Of a DNA stretch of 64,000 bases, positions 62,394 through 64,000 are shown in pieces. The DNA is from Candidatus Eiseniibacteriota bacterium (GTDB lineage: Bacteria; Eisenbacteria; RBG-16-71-46), in assembly GCA_963725865.1 (NCBI GenBank), contig CAVSAC010000014.1, forward strand, positions 1,536,001-1,600,000, given 5' to 3'. The notes beneath the pieces are model-generated. The model was given only the letters and a program-made list of their open reading frames with translations, did not search any database and was not told the DNA's origin. Position 1 is the first letter of the stretch. Each line of letters begins with the position of its first letter. The position numbers and the translations under genes are program-made.

Positions 62394-63899
62394 ATGAGCT
62401 CGAACCCGTCGTTCACCCGTCCACGTTCGTACTGGCTCAGTGCCGCGGTGCTCGTGATCGTCGGCCTGGTCATCGGCCTCGGCCTGAGCGCCAGCCTCGA
62501 CCTGCAGCGCAGTTCGACCGCGCAGCGCGCCGTGTCGTCGAATGTGCCGCCGAGTGCGTCGTCCCTGGAGAGCCCATTCGTTCCGGTCGTCGATCGTGCC
62601 CTGCCCGCGGTCGTGTTCATCGACGTCCGCAAGTCGGTCGGGGGCGGTGATTCCGACGATCCCACCGACGAGATGTTCAAGCGCTTCTTCGGAACTCCGC
62701 GGCGCCCGCAGATGCAGCCGTCCTCGGGGTCGGGCTTCATCATCGACAAGAGCGGCCTGATCCTCACCAACAACCACGTGGTGAAGGACGCCAGCGACAT
62801 CACGGTCACGCTCAACGACAAACGCACGTTCAAGGCCAAGGTCGTCGGCACCGATCCCCAGACGGACGTCGCGATCATCCGCGTCGACGGCAGCGACCTG
62901 CCCGTGCTCCCGCTCGGGGACTCCGACCAGCTGCGCGTCGGCGACTGGGCGATCGCGATCGGGAATCCGCTGGGCGAGCTCAAGGGTTCGGTCACCGTGG
63001 GCATCATCAGCGCGCAGGGCCGGTCGAACCTGAACATCTTCGGTGGCACGCCGGTGTTCCAGGACTTCATCCAGACCGACGCGTCGATCAACTTCGGCAA
63101 CTCCGGGGGGCCCCTCTGCAACATCCACGGGGAGGCGATCGGGATCAACACCGCGATCAATCCGAGCGGACAGGGCATCGGCTTCGCCATTCCCATCAAC
63201 CTCGCCAAGCACGTGGCCGATCAGTTGGTCGCGCATGGCAAGGTGAGCCGCTCGTGGCTCGGTGTCACGCTCGCCGACCTCACGCCAGAACTGGCGGACG
63301 GTCTCGGACTGCGCGCCAATCAGCAGGGCGTGGTGATCCAGGACGTGCTCGATGGCCAGCCCGCCGCGCGGGCGGGCGTGCGCCGGAACGACATTCTGGT
63401 GGAGTTCGACGGCCGGCCGGTCTCCGACGTGCAGAAGTTGCGGATCCAGGTGGCCGATACCCCTCCCGGGAAGCGCGTACCGATGGTCGTGCTGCGGGAC
63501 GGTCAGCGACAGACCATGACTGTCACGCTCACCGATCGCGACCAGGGCATCGCCGCAGCGTCGCAGGGGGGCGGCGGCACTGTCGAGCGGCCGCAGGAGC
63601 CGTCCAGCGCGCCAGTCGTGGGCCTGCGGGTGCGTGCGATGACCGACGAGGAGCGTGGGGAGTTCAAGCTCAAGTCGGGCGTCGTCGTGGCGGAGGTTCA
63701 GACGGGCAGTGCGGCCGAGGAGGCCGGGCTCGCGGCCGGTGAGGTCATCGAAGAGGTAGGGGGCAGGCCGGTTTCGACGCCGTCGGAGTTCGCGTCGCTC
63801 CTGCGCGATGCCCGCACGAAGGGTAAGGCTCACGCGGCCCTGCTGGTGAACAACGGTCAGCAGACCCGTTATGTCACACTGCCGGTGACGGACAAGTAG
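62394..63899 (+). CDS. DegP/HtrA (Do) serine endopeptidase with two PDZ domains
   Basis: GSGFII, LTNNHVV, TDVA, IQTDASINFGNSGGPL; two PDZ domains. Confidence 0.96.
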   Translation: MSSNPSFTRPRSYWLSAAVLVIVGLVIGLGLSASLDLQRSSTAQRAVSSNVPPSASSLESPFVPVVDRALPAVVFIDVRKSVGGGDSDDPTDEMFKRFFGTPRRPQMQPSSGSGFIIDKSGLILTNNHVVKDASDITVTLNDKRTFKAKVVGTDPQTDVAIIRVDGSDLPVLPLGDSDQLRVGDWAIAIGNPLGELKGSVTVGIISAQGRSNLNIFGGTPVFQDFIQTDASINFGNSGGPLCNIHGEAIGINTAINPSGQGIGFAIPINLAKHVADQLVAHGKVSRSWLGVTLADLTPELADGLGLRANQQGVVIQDVLDGQPAARAGVRRNDILVEFDGRPVSDVQKLRIQVADTPPGKRVPMVVLRDGQRQTMTVTLTDRDQGIAAASQGGGGTVERPQEPSSAPVVGLRVRAMTDEERGEFKLKSGVVVAEVQTGSAAEEAGLAAGEVIEEVGGRPVSTPSEFASLLRDARTKGKAHAALLVNNGQQTRYVTLPVTDK

Positions 63900-63919
63900 C
63901 CCGCGCCGGACTCAGGAAT

Positions 63920-63947
63920 CGTGAGGCGGGGACCGCCCCGCCTCACG
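63920..63947 (+). terminator. Hairpin after degP
   Basis: CGTGAGGCGGGG-ACCG-CCCCGCCTCACG; no U tract. Confidence 0.55.
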
Positions 63948-63964
63948 AAGCCCCAGGGAGGGGC

Positions 63965-64000
63965 ATGAGGATCACCATTCGCATTCGATCGATCGCATGG
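63965..64000 (+). CDS. Probable start of the next gene (partial)
   Basis: GGAGG RBS then ATG AGG ATC ACC...; too short to identify. Confidence 0.4.
   Translation, partial: MRITIRIRSIAW

Overview
High-GC bacterial chromosome segment with about 50 CDS and one initiator tRNA-Met. I found no CRISPR array, transposase or integrase. Several secreted proteins end in FlgD/T9SS-type sorting domains and a PorV-family gene is present; together with the GC content this suggests a diderm FCB-related lineage such as Ca. Eisenbacteria (inference only). Left part: two tandem giant S8 protease paralogs, SDR, GIDE-GIDE-lemA, nitronate monooxygenase, hsp20-lon-dinB, GH1, MFS, M14 peptidase, squalene synthase and ctaA-ctaB. 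Middle: tRNA-fMet, eno-ftsB and a SigW-like ECF operon. Right part (44-61 kb): a sigma54-rich cluster with two GAFTGA enhancer-binding proteins and four -24/-12 promoter matches. The most striking candidate system is at 53.5-57.7 kb: a small secreted pro-peptide gene, then a TPR-GAF-AAA+ sigma54 activator, then a sigma54 promoter driving an unannotated, highly base-paired ~320-370 nt RNA. That RNA has 5'/3' end pairing, G-U-rich helices, crossing long-range pairings and a terminator-like hairpin. All family assignments come from motif recognition by eye; no searches were run.
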